Source: a virus
Length of the DNA stretch: 64,000 nt
IMG/VR virus record: IMGVR_UViG_3300020463_000008
Location: 1 to 64,000 of that record
Reading direction: 5' to 3' (one strand)
Shown here: positions 1 through 8,099 of the stretch, one piece after another
How the letters are laid out: every line of letters begins with the position of its first letter
How positions within the stretch are numbered: the stretch's first letter is position 1
Made by a program: the position numbers and the translations under genes
Notes under the pieces: model-generated
Database searches by the model: none
Seen by the model: only the letters and a program-made list of their open reading frames with translations
Told to the model about the DNA's origin: nothing

Positions 1-391
1 TTAGAATACGAACAACATCCTTTACAGAGTCGCACTTATAATTATATGCTTTAACTCCCCAGCCGAACCATATACCATCGTGTGTAATAGGTTTGACATG
101 TGGAGTCTCTTCATTCCATGTTCTTATACCAAAAAGATTGTTTGCTTCATTTGCAAAACGACTTGTCCCCCAACTAGATTCTAGTATGGCTTGTGATATA
201 ATTAATTCTTTTGGGAAATGACGAGATTCAGGTTGGTTATAGTATATTCTGTCAATACACTGAGACATAGAATTAATAAATGTCTCTTTATTCTTGGTGA
301 CAATCTCTGGAGTTGTCCAGTTCGCCAAGGCAGCATGTACAGTAAAAACTGTCAGTGCTATCATTATTACGAGTGGCTTGATGTTAAACAT
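1..391 (-). CDS. GH73 glucosaminidase (Bax/FlgJ-like peptidoglycan hydrolase) with N-terminal signal peptide; runs off window start
   Basis: Manual translation (absent from ORF track): MFNIKPLVIMIALTVFTVHAALA...SQAILESSWGTSRFANEANNLFGIRTW; GGAGG RBS upstream. Confidence 0.85.
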   Translation of the reverse strand, partial: MFNIKPLVIMIALTVFTVHAALANWTTPEIVTKNKETFINSMSQCIDRIYYNQPESRHFPKELIISQAILESSWGTSRFANEANNLFGIRTWNEETPHVKPITHDGIWFGWGVKAYNYKCDSVKDVVRIL

Positions 392-421
392 AAGTCCTCC
401 TTTGGTGATAAAGTATATTTA

Positions 422-901
422 TTATATAAGAATATGCACTCTTCGGACTAAGCTGACCAATTCTCTAATTCTCTTTATGTCAACATGGTCTGTATCAAGT
501 TTCACATTCATTGCTATGGCAACTGCCTGACGAATATCACCAGACATAAAACCATCTTCTTTCTTGACCAGTTGTAAGTCTCCAACTGTAAAGTCTTTAA
601 CAGCTTGATGTGTAAGCTGTATAATTGCATCTCGCTCAGCATTTAATGCTAAGTGGTAATCCATTATAGATTGCGTGATATCATGTACGAGGTCACGAGA
701 GTTAATAGTAAGTGCTGCTGCAAGGCAATATACATCCCTCAGGGATCTTTCTTCTGTCCTTAGTGCTAATAGTTCATCCTTAACATCACTAGCAAATGCT
801 GGGCATCCTACAGCATAATTTTTATACCATTCTTCTATCTTTTCAGGTGGCTCATCATCTCTAATGCCCATACCTGTATCAACTGTGTAATCACTTACCA
901 T
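422..901 (-). CDS. hypothetical protein, weak AhpD-like resemblance
   Basis: 159 aa ORF with AGGAGG RBS; CPAFASDVKDEL...CLAAALTINS recalls the AhpD N-terminal half; no CxxC. Confidence 0.55.
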   Translation of the reverse strand: MVSDYTVDTGMGIRDDEPPEKIEEWYKNYAVGCPAFASDVKDELLALRTEERSLRDVYCLAAALTINSRDLVHDITQSIMDYHLALNAERDAIIQLTHQAVKDFTVGDLQLVKKEDGFMSGDIRQAVAIAMNVKLDTDHVDIKRIRELVSLVRRVHILI

Positions 902-1065
902 GCGTCATGTCCTCCTTTTTTCTTTTTCTTCCAAGTAAAGAATGATTTTAATCCACCACTTAATCCCCACAGTGTTAATACTGTTAGATTAAATAGAAAG
1001 ATGCTTATTAAAAGCAACATACATAATACTTCAAAGAAATCAAATAATGGATCTAAGTCCATCAT
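895..1065 (-). CDS. small membrane protein (56 aa)
   Basis: Manual translation MMDLDPLFDFFEVLCMLLLISIFLFNLTVLTLWGLSGGLKSFFTWKKKKKGGHDAW; TAATG-coupled to upstream peroxiredoxin. Confidence 0.6.
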   Translation of the reverse strand: MMDLDPLFDFFEVLCMLLLISIFLFNLTVLTLWGLSGGLKSFFTWKKKKKGGHDAW

Positions 1066-1574
1066 TAATTTGCCTTTATGTGTTTAAGTGCTTCAATCAT
1101 TTTCTCTGCACTTGATACTTCAAATGGATCTTGAATAGGACATGCTTCAGGCATTCCCCATTCAGTGTATCTCACTTTAATCTCAGCATTTTTAACATAC
1201 ATACTGTATCGCCAAGATCGTTCTCCGAATCCTCTATTAGTGAAATCATTTATCATGTTTACACTTCTAGCAAAGTCACCATTACCATCTGGCAGTGGTT
1301 TCACTTTAGTAATCCCTTGTTGTTCAAACCAAGCATTCATAACGAAAGAATCATTTACTGCTGTACAGTAAACTTCATCTATGCCTAGTTCTTTAAATTG
1401 GTCATACAAGTCTTCAAATTTTGGTAATTGAAATGCTGAACATGTTGGAGTAAATGCTCCAGGCAGTCCGAACACAACAACTTCTTTATCGTTAAACAAG
1501 TCCTGTGTGCGTTTCAATACCCAATCAGAATTTTCACGCATGTAAAAGACTTGGTCTGTCAATCTATCATTCAT
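1065..1574 (-). CDS. peroxiredoxin (Prx5/redoxin family)
   Basis: PGAFTPTCS active-site motif, VNDSFVMNAW, LPDGNGDF, RSWRYSM. Confidence 0.95.
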   Translation of the reverse strand: MNDRLTDQVFYMRENSDWVLKRTQDLFNDKEVVVFGLPGAFTPTCSAFQLPKFEDLYDQFKELGIDEVYCTAVNDSFVMNAWFEQQGITKVKPLPDGNGDFARSVNMINDFTNRGFGERSWRYSMYVKNAEIKVRYTEWGMPEACPIQDPFEVSSAEKMIEALKHIKAN

Positions 1575-2224
1575 TATAGTTCCTTTAATTTTCTAAATGT
1601 TTCTCTAAGATCTAGGAAGTCTTCAATGTAATCATCTCTACGACCATCCATTAATTGTATTCCCTCGTCCTCGACATTAATTATTAGTAGCAACCTTTCA
1701 ATAGGTATGCTGGTTCTTTCTTCAAACATAACTGCGTAAGCAGAACATTGCATGAAGTAGTCTTTGACCCATTCCCTCTTCTTCATTTTAGCAGAGGTCT
1801 TGAAGTCTATCACTGTTAGCTTTCCTTCATACTCAGCAATACAGTCAGCAGTTCCTGCTACCTTTAAATGATCTGAATATAATTTGGTTTCTAAACAACG
1901 AATATTGTTAATATTATCTAAGAATGGAATCATCTGACCGAAGTCAGCTTTTGAAAAATCATCAGAACAATCTCCTTCATTAAGAAGATACTTCTCAGCA
2001 AGTGAATGTATTTTATTACCACGACCGAGTGCTCGTCTAGAAATTCTGCCAGCTTCTTCTTCGCCAACTCTTTCTTTCCAAGCAAGTATAGATGCCTGAC
2101 TATGTAATTTAGTCACGGATGTGACTGATGGATACTTAGCACCACTGGGAGTTTCATAGTATCTCCCAGCCTTGCTATTCACCTGCACGAGTTTGCCTAC
2201 TTCGATAGGCACATGATTAAACAT
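1574..2224 (-). CDS. PD-(D/E)xK exonuclease (T4-like myovirus exonuclease)
   Basis: YPSVTSV, RGNKIH, AGTADCI, IDFKTS, YFMQCSAYA motifs. Confidence 0.9.
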   Translation of the reverse strand: MFNHVPIEVGKLVQVNSKAGRYYETPSGAKYPSVTSVTKLHSQASILAWKERVGEEEAGRISRRALGRGNKIHSLAEKYLLNEGDCSDDFSKADFGQMIPFLDNINNIRCLETKLYSDHLKVAGTADCIAEYEGKLTVIDFKTSAKMKKREWVKDYFMQCSAYAVMFEERTSIPIERLLLIINVEDEGIQLMDGRRDDYIEDFLDLRETFRKLKEL

Positions 2225-2311
2225 AATTATTTCTCAATATTAATCGGCTTCCCATTCTTATCCTTATGGAACTGGTCGTCCCACTTAGATACTTTTTTCC
2301 TATGTTTGTAT

Positions 2312-2340
2312 ATTCTAGCCTGAAAAAACTTAAAAGTAAA
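2312..2340 (-). promoter_or_regulatory. sigma70-like early/middle phage promoter
   Basis: TTTACT-17 bp (TTTAAGTTTTTTCAGGC)-TAGAAT; member of a motif repeated about 10 times in the window. Confidence 0.7.
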
Positions 2341-2344
2341 GTCT

Positions 2345-2791
2345 TTAAATTTCTTCAAGTGCAACCATAAGTCTTTCAGCACGATTTGGTACCTGTTTAT
2401 GCCAACGAGAGTCTCTACCCTCAATTGCAGCCTGTTTCCAGTTTCCCGAATCAATAGCACTTTTCATGTTTTTAAACTTCCCAAGTCTGGGAGCTCCCAT
2501 GTTAAAACACATATTGATTAAGACCCTTTGAGCAGTATCAGGATAGCTGTCTATATATGGATACACTTTCTTGACTTCATCAACAAATTTTTCCACATCA
2601 GTATCAAATACTTCCCAACAACGATCCTCACTCACAGCTGTTCCTACAGGTTTTCCGTGCTCCTCATCATCTTCTGTGACGAGATGCCCGATACCGAATG
2701 TAGGATACCCCAAGTGGTCGTTGTAGATTTCGAACTTAACTCCTTCATCACGAATGAGTTCTTCTCTTAACTTCTCTCTATCAAACGACAT
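2345..2791 (-). CDS. T4-lysozyme-like endolysin (GH24)
   Basis: DEGVKFEIYNDHLGYPTFGIGHL, NMCFNMG, DSRWHKQVPNRA; start moved to MSFDREK after AAGGAG RBS. Confidence 0.92.
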   Translation of the reverse strand: MSFDREKLREELIRDEGVKFEIYNDHLGYPTFGIGHLVTEDDEEHGKPVGTAVSEDRCWEVFDTDVEKFVDEVKKVYPYIDSYPDTAQRVLINMCFNMGAPRLGKFKNMKSAIDSGNWKQAAIEGRDSRWHKQVPNRAERLMVALEEI

Positions 2792-2858
2792 AGAGTTTAC
2801 TCCTTTAATTTGATAAGGTGCCAAGGATGAAAAGGATCTGCGAAGACCCTCTTTGCCT

Positions 2859-3089
2859 TTACACCTTTAATTTCTTTTTTGCTTTTTTAATTGCAGCAAT
2901 TAATTTCGCTTTGGTTTGTCTTTTGTCTAGTTCAACACCAATCTTACGACCAAGTGCTTCGAGCTCGTCTTTAGTTTTCTTTTCAAGATACTTAAAGTCT
3001 TCTTTATCGATGACTCCATCTTTATTTGTATCAAGAACAGGAAACAACTTTGCTCCTACACATTTTAACCAATCAATTATCTTTTGCAT
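2859..3089 (-). CDS. small EF-hand + helix-extension-helix (Rho-N-like) protein
   Basis: DTNKDGVIDKED canonical EF loop followed by KDELEALGRKIGVELDKRQTKAKLIAAI. Confidence 0.65.
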   Translation of the reverse strand: MQKIIDWLKCVGAKLFPVLDTNKDGVIDKEDFKYLEKKTKDELEALGRKIGVELDKRQTKAKLIAAIKKAKKKLKV

Positions 3090-3102
3090 AATTTCTCCTA
3101 GT

Positions 3103-3228
3103 TTATTTTGTATTAATTTTTGAGATCCAACTTTTTATAGTTGACTCAATCCAACTTGCCCAAATGGGTTGTGGAAAGTTCCAGCCGATAAAAGCACCGA
3201 CTGCGATCCAGAAAAGTATATCTAACAT
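3103..3228 (-). CDS. small membrane protein (41 aa)
   Basis: Manual translation MLDILFWIAVGAFIGWNFPQPIWASWIESTIKSWISKINTK; coupled to phoH stop. Confidence 0.6.
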   Translation of the reverse strand: MLDILFWIAVGAFIGWNFPQPIWASWIESTIKSWISKINTK

Positions 3229-3992
3229 TATCTTTTGCTCCTTTTAGTTTTAGTTGTTTTATCATCCTCAGCTTTTATCTTAGCAATAATATATTCTTTT
3301 ACTAAGTCACTTCGAACAATATCGTTTACAGTAAACTCGACACGAGCATAACTCTTCATATGTCGCACTATCTCCATAAAATTAAAGAGTCCCTCTTTTT
3401 CAGTTCCCCTTTTTAAATCAGTCTGTCGATAGTCTCCACAAAATACAATACGAGAATGGTCACCCACTCTAGTTATAATTGTATCAAGTTCTTCCCAGTT
3501 TAAATTTTGACACTCATCCACAATTACTACTGTGTCATCAAATGTCAAACCCCTGACGAAACTTGTTGAAGCAAAATCTAAATTCTTTTGCTGCATCATC
3601 CTTTCGTATGGTTCAGGATATACCAGACTATCTGCTTTCCTTTGAAACAATGCTGAACATATTTGTTTATATGGCAACTGATATTGTTCCAACTTTTCTT
3701 CCAGATCTCCTGGCAAATGACCAATCTCTCTACTTTGTACAGCAGATCGAATAATCAAAACTTTTTCAAACTCTTTATTCAGTACAGATTGTAATGCTTT
3801 ATATAAAGCGATATATGTTTTACCTGTACCAGCTACACCATGAGCCATGATGATTTGTTTACTATCATCTTTATAAAAGTCAAAGAATTTTTGCTGACTC
3901 TCATTTAGAGGTTCAACATTTTTTAAGTCTGTTATCTTTAACTTGGCTTTAGCAGATGTAGGAACATCTTTGCTTTTGCTAACTCTTGGCAT
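3228..3992 (-). CDS. phoH: PhoH-family ATPase
   Basis: GVAGTGKT, IGHLPG, SFVRGLTF, IVDECQN, CGDYRQTD, DIVRSDLVK. Confidence 0.96.
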   Translation of the reverse strand: MPRVSKSKDVPTSAKAKLKITDLKNVEPLNESQQKFFDFYKDDSKQIIMAHGVAGTGKTYIALYKALQSVLNKEFEKVLIIRSAVQSREIGHLPGDLEEKLEQYQLPYKQICSALFQRKADSLVYPEPYERMMQQKNLDFASTSFVRGLTFDDTVVIVDECQNLNWEELDTIITRVGDHSRIVFCGDYRQTDLKRGTEKEGLFNFMEIVRHMKSYARVEFTVNDIVRSDLVKEYIIAKIKAEDDKTTKTKRSKR

Positions 3993-3993
3993 T

Positions 3994-4242
3994 TTAAAAA
4001 ACTTCTGTATTTATCTTGCTTCCTGGATTTTTAGTTTTTACTCTTTCAAGTACATCTCTAAATCCAGTGGCTTTTTTTCTTTCATCAGTACCTGAAAGTC
4101 TGGCAGCATCTACAATTTTTGGTGTAGATAACATACCTTTCCATTCAGGATTATCTTTTAACCATTTTAATTTTTCTTCATAACTACAGAAAAGTTCTTT
4201 TATTTCTTCAGTTTTTTTATTTTGTACATTATATAATGGCAT
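3994..4242 (-). CDS. FmdB-like conserved T4-like small protein
   Basis: MPLYNVQNKKTEEIKE...GFRDVLERVK pattern typical of the ORF preceding phoH in marine myoviruses. Confidence 0.65.
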   Translation of the reverse strand: MPLYNVQNKKTEEIKELFCSYEEKLKWLKDNPEWKGMLSTPKIVDAARLSGTDERKKATGFRDVLERVKTKNPGSKINTEVF

Positions 4243-4247
4243 CTTAC

Positions 4248-4255
4248 TATTTATA
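4248..4255 (-). promoter_or_regulatory. T4-type late promoter
   Basis: Exact TATAAATA just upstream of ATG at 4242. Confidence 0.55.
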
Positions 4256-4379
4256 ACTCCTCTAAAGGTGGAATATTCTTCTTTTTATTAGGCACTACTC
4301 GGCTTCTATACTTTGGTGTTCTCAACTGTTTTGCTACTGGATCTTTTTTAGAGCGAATATTCGTAGTTGACTTTTGCAT
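4251..4379 (-). CDS. small basic peptide (42 aa), partial ArfA-like resemblance
   Basis: Manual translation MQKSTTNIRSKKDPVAKQLRTPKYRSRVVPNKKKNIPPLEEL; fills the gap between AOX and the FmdB-like gene. Confidence 0.55.
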   Translation of the reverse strand: MQKSTTNIRSKKDPVAKQLRTPKYRSRVVPNKKKNIPPLEEL

Positions 4380-4923
4380 GTTTTTCTTCATCTGCTCTTA
4401 CTTTTCTTATCACATCAGATAATTTTGCGTTCTTTTTTAAATTATAATATTCTATTGCTATCTCTGGTGCATCAATATCTTCAGTATGTCCTTCAGTTAT
4501 TTGCCACAAGTAATCAGTATATGATATCACTGCTTCTTGTTCAAAATAGTGTATCATACGATGGGCAGTCTTAGGAAAAAATATATATAAAAAAGTATAA
4601 AACAAAATAAAAATTAATTGAGCAAATAAAACTATCCATCTTTCTAACCAAGTTGGCTTTGCTATGTCAATAAAAATCATTAAATGCATTCTTTCATTTT
4701 CAGCTTCTTCCATCATCTCACGAATCTTTGGACCCCATCCTGTCTTCATCTTTCTTAATGACTTAGCATGAAGCCAAACACCAGCAACCATTCCTGGAAC
4801 ACCAGCGACTGTTTCTAATACTACTGCTCTATGCCCATACCTTTTTGCAAAGAAAGTATCGGCTATAAACCGAAAGAACTTCGTCATACTTCTTGCAAAT
4901 AAATCTGATATCTTTTTTCTCAT
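4348..4923 (-). CDS. aox: alternative oxidase (ubiquinol oxidase, di-iron)
   Basis: LETVAGVPGMV, EAENERMHL, FEQEAVISY, RADEEKH iron-ligand motifs. Confidence 0.95.
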   Translation of the reverse strand: MRKKISDLFARSMTKFFRFIADTFFAKRYGHRAVVLETVAGVPGMVAGVWLHAKSLRKMKTGWGPKIREMMEEAENERMHLMIFIDIAKPTWLERWIVLFAQLIFILFYTFLYIFFPKTAHRMIHYFEQEAVISYTDYLWQITEGHTEDIDAPEIAIEYYNLKKNAKLSDVIRKVRADEEKHAKVNYEYSL

Positions 4924-4926
4924 AAG

Positions 4927-5574
4927 TCATTCGTTCATAAATTCTGTTATCATAGGGAAGACTGGTTCTATTGCTTCACCACATTCCCTCGCTATATCCA
5001 TATGTTCTTTTTGTGTACCATTAGCTGTACGCAAATCTATATAGTGCATCCAAGATCTTAATGTCCCATTCATATATATAGTGGATTCAGTCATGCCCTC
5101 TGGTAATATTGCTCTTGCTTGTTCTTTAGCAATATTTTTTTCTAGTGCTTTCTCATATAATTCTTTTACACCTTTAAGCAATTTCATCTGTTCCATATTA
5201 AACCACTCAACCACATCATGCTGATGCTCAGGTCCAAACTCATAAGAGTTTTGTCTATTGTCTAAATCTTGTTCTCTAGCTTTACGAGTTGAGAATACAC
5301 CTGCCTTTGCATATCTTTGACTAAACTCCTGGAAAGAAAAACTTCTATGTCTTAATATTTGTCTAGCGATATCTCTTGTGGTTTTTATTTCTATACATAC
5401 TGATACCATTTCAAATGGTGACCAGTGTTTATGCTTCATCAGATATCTGAGTAATTTTTCAGAAGAGCCTGAATTCGCTTGGTTCGTCGGATTAGATACT
5501 CTTGCACAGAATGCAACTTCCTGTAATAAGTCTCCATGTTCACCTTTACTATAATTTATTAATTTAGCTGGCAT
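4927..5574 (-). CDS. thyX: FAD-dependent thymidylate synthase
   Basis: HWSPFE, RQILRHRSFSFQEFSQRY signature; start moved to MPAKLINYS. Confidence 0.96.
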   Translation of the reverse strand: MPAKLINYSKGEHGDLLQEVAFCARVSNPTNQANSGSSEKLLRYLMKHKHWSPFEMVSVCIEIKTTRDIARQILRHRSFSFQEFSQRYAKAGVFSTRKAREQDLDNRQNSYEFGPEHQHDVVEWFNMEQMKLLKGVKELYEKALEKNIAKEQARAILPEGMTESTIYMNGTLRSWMHYIDLRTANGTQKEHMDIARECGEAIEPVFPMITEFMNE

Positions 5575-6139
5575 AATTACCATTTGTTCCATGTACGATA
5601 TCGTACCAGTCAGGAACATCCCTCTTAGTCCATTTAGCAAATCCTGCTTTATACTTTAAATAGTATTGACGATATGCTTGTATGCTGTCATTATGCTTTA
5701 CATCTTCTGGCATAGCTTGTCTAAATGGTGTAAGTCCTATTCCCTTAGGAATATTTTTTGGGCATTCATATAATGCTTCTCTAAGTAATCTATCAGTCTT
5801 ATGAGTTTTACCATAACGATGTGTATATTCATCGCATAGTCCTACGAATAGATTATATGCCCAAGTATAATTAGCATCAGATTCCCTCACCCATATAGCA
5901 CAAGGATGGTTCATCATTGTAGCACGATATAAAGTGCCCTCCATATTACTATCAGGCAGTTCCCAATATTTTGTTTTAGTTTTACCTGTACTTGATTCTC
6001 TTAGATCTTGTTTACCATCTAAGAATCTATGAGCAGTAGATAAAAGCTGAGCAGTTTCTAATATCATTTTGACTACATGTTTATCACAATGTTGTTTTGC
6101 TGCAAGTGTAGGATGCATATGCAATACAAATATGTTCAT
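5564..6139 (-). CDS. pyrimidine-dimer DNA glycosylase / endonuclease V-like
   Basis: MNIFVL...HCDKHVVKMILETAQLLSTAH, NHPCAIWVRES, QAMP, AYRQYY. Confidence 0.88.
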   Translation of the reverse strand: MNIFVLHMHPTLAAKQHCDKHVVKMILETAQLLSTAHRFLDGKQDLRESSTGKTKTKYWELPDSNMEGTLYRATMMNHPCAIWVRESDANYTWAYNLFVGLCDEYTHRYGKTHKTDRLLREALYECPKNIPKGIGLTPFRQAMPEDVKHNDSIQAYRQYYLKYKAGFAKWTKRDVPDWYDIVHGTNGNYAS

Positions 6140-6348
6140 GTATTATCGCCCTCTGTATATGTTGCAGTCTTTTGCATATCAAATACACCTTTCTGTTTTT
6201 TTGGTGGTGCGTTTCCATCTTTTACTATCTCACCAAGTCTATAAGTTTTTATCTTTTTATCTTGTAGTGTAAAAATAGAACAAGCAACAATAGCCATAGC
6301 CAATGGTGCGAGTATCAATATATATCCTTGCATTTCTTCTACACCCAT
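6136..6348 (-). CDS. small membrane-anchored hypothetical protein
   Basis: N-terminal hydrophobic helix; stop overlaps next start. Confidence 0.6.
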   Translation of the reverse strand: MGVEEMQGYILILAPLAMAIVACSIFTLQDKKIKTYRLGEIVKDGNAPPKKQKGVFDMQKTATYTEGDNT

Positions 6349-6351
6349 AAT

Positions 6352-6510
6352 CTATTCATCCTGAGAGATATCTATACTCTCTTCAAAATTTTTTCTAGCT
6401 TCTTTTATTTCTCTTTTCTCTAATCGTATCTTAATATCTGTCCATACAATTCCAATACATATAAACATTGTCAATCCTACGATAACGAAATCTAATACAT
6501 CTTTAATCAT
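6352..6510 (-). CDS. small membrane protein (52 aa)
   Basis: Manual translation MIKDVLDFVIVGLTMFICIGIVWTDIKIRLEKREIKEARKNFEESIDISQDE; directly after promoter 6517-6545. Confidence 0.6.
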   Translation of the reverse strand: MIKDVLDFVIVGLTMFICIGIVWTDIKIRLEKREIKEARKNFEESIDISQDE

Positions 6511-6516
6511 TAGTAA

Positions 6517-6545
6517 ATTTTAAATTAAAAAAACTTAAAAGTCAA
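6517..6545 (-). promoter_or_regulatory. sigma70-like phage promoter
   Basis: TTGACT-TTTAAGTTTTTTTAATT-TAAAAT. Confidence 0.7.
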
Positions 6546-6972
6546 GTGAAGATATATATGCTTGTAGGTCTTCCATATCCTGAGTTGACAGGTTTGCTGC
6601 CTGTCCCCACATTAATGCTGACTGGGCACCTCTAGTTTCCCCAGCTTTATATTGCTCTAGCATACTAACAATCGATGTAGATCCAGCTAATTTTGGACCA
6701 ATACCACCTTCTCCATTTGCACCATGACACATATTACAATTAACATATTTCTTAGCACCTCTATCAGCTGGTGATTCTTGTTGCATCGCTACTCGCTTTG
6801 CTTCAAGTTGTTCAGTAAATGTACCATATTTCTTATGGTATTCTTCAAGACATTCACCTTGGCATCCATGAACATCAGTATATCCTTTGACATCTGCGTT
6901 GGCATATGCTAAGTTCAATATCCAAAACAATCCTAGACTTCCGACTAGGAAAGCAGTTATTGCTTCTCTCAT
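6535..6972 (-). CDS. periplasmic monoheme c-type cytochrome (c553/c4-like)
   Basis: Signal peptide, CNMCHG heme motif, GPKLAG, distal Met in SALMWGQA. Confidence 0.9.
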   Translation of the reverse strand: MREAITAFLVGSLGLFWILNLAYANADVKGYTDVHGCQGECLEEYHKKYGTFTEQLEAKRVAMQQESPADRGAKKYVNCNMCHGANGEGGIGPKLAGSTSIVSMLEQYKAGETRGAQSALMWGQAANLSTQDMEDLQAYISSLDF

Positions 6973-6973
6973 T

Positions 6974-7504
6974 TTATCCTGTTGGGGTTATACTCTTCCA
7001 ACCGAGTTGTTTAACTTCTGGATCCACTTTAGTCATCACATTAAGTAAATCCTGCTTTTCTAATTGATACACTTCCCAGAATTTAGGATCGTGTTCTTTA
7101 ATACTAAATGTGTTATGTATCAAATCAAAAACTTTAATAGTCTGGACTTCTTTACTTTCTTTAGCAAGTCTATCTCTTTCAATAGCTTTTCTCTGTGCCC
7201 TATTACCATCTTCTGGTTTGGCTGTATCAGTTAATCCTTTAACTAATCTTGCAACTTCATCACCAAAAAACTTTTCTATTTCTTCGTGTGTTGCTTCAGT
7301 ATCTTCTACAGTATCATGTAGAAGTGCAGCCATAAACATATCCTCAGTAGTATTTTTATAATGGTCTTTCAATAAATTTGCCACAGCCATTGGATGTGTA
7401 ATGTAATCCTCGCCTGTGTATTTTCTCTTCTGACCTTTATGTGCGTTGGTCGCATAAGTTGCAGCAGTATTAATTCTATCTGAGTATATTCCTTTATGAA
7501 GCAA
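6974..7504 (-). CDS. HD-domain (p)ppGpp hydrolase-like protein (SpoT-HD/Mesh1 family)
   Basis: AHKGQKRK..GEDYITHP, AALLHDTVEDT, VKGLTD, IKVFDLIHN. Confidence 0.88.
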   Translation of the reverse strand: MLHKGIYSDRINTAATYATNAHKGQKRKYTGEDYITHPMAVANLLKDHYKNTTEDMFMAALLHDTVEDTEATHEEIEKFFGDEVARLVKGLTDTAKPEDGNRAQRKAIERDRLAKESKEVQTIKVFDLIHNTFSIKEHDPKFWEVYQLEKQDLLNVMTKVDPEVKQLGWKSITPTG

Positions 7505-8024
7505 TTGACACCTCTCTGTTTGTCATATGTAAGTCAGCGATGACTTTTTGTAATAGAGTAAGAGTATCAATTACATTTTTATGTACAACTCCTACTCCTC
7601 CATTTTGATTAAAGTATTGAACACAAGTAAGTTGGTCATCAATTAAGATGTCATACTCAGAACCATAAGTTCCTTTTTCTGTTCTACCTTTAACAAAATT
7701 TGTTTTCAAATCACTCATACCATTATTAATCAACCATTTTCTTTTCTGTTTTACAGACTCAGAATATTGGTCATCACTTAATGTATGAACACTTGATAAG
7801 ATTTGGATTTCATATCCGTGCTTATCAGCTATCTGTCTTACAGATGATACCAACTCATCCATGTTTACTGTTCTAGGAAGATTTTCAAAGATTTTATTAT
7901 TCATAACTTCATCTCTAAACTCTTCATATATAAAAGAGTGTCTTCCATTTCTGAAATAGTAATCATCGAAGTTGGCTAAAACACCATCCATATCCAGATA
8001 TATTATTTTATTTTTCTTATTCAT
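7494..8024 (-). CDS. HAD-family 5'(3')-deoxyribonucleotidase-like protein
   Basis: IYLDMDGVLANF motif I, ILSS, ILIDD. Confidence 0.85.
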   Translation of the reverse strand: MNKKNKIIYLDMDGVLANFDDYYFRNGRHSFIYEEFRDEVMNNKIFENLPRTVNMDELVSSVRQIADKHGYEIQILSSVHTLSDDQYSESVKQKRKWLINNGMSDLKTNFVKGRTEKGTYGSEYDILIDDQLTCVQYFNQNGGVGVVHKNVIDTLTLLQKVIADLHMTNREVSIAS

Positions 8025-8030
8025 ACAGTA

Positions 8031-8059
8031 ATTCTACTATATTTTACAGCAAAAGTAAA
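8031..8059 (-). promoter_or_regulatory. sigma70-like phage promoter with A-rich UP element
   Basis: AAAAAAGTGAAATAATGC-TTTACT-17 bp-TAGAAT; upstream block shared with promoter at 50992-51020. Confidence 0.75.
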
Positions 8060-8099
8060 GCATTATTTCACTTTTTTTTAAAATAATTAGTTAATAAAA

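Noticed and set aside
2227-2460. 77-aa minus-strand ORF overlapping the lysozyme end
   Set aside because: Overlaps lysozyme by over 100 bp and spans a conserved promoter; a short real 3' portion cannot be excluded but is unsupported
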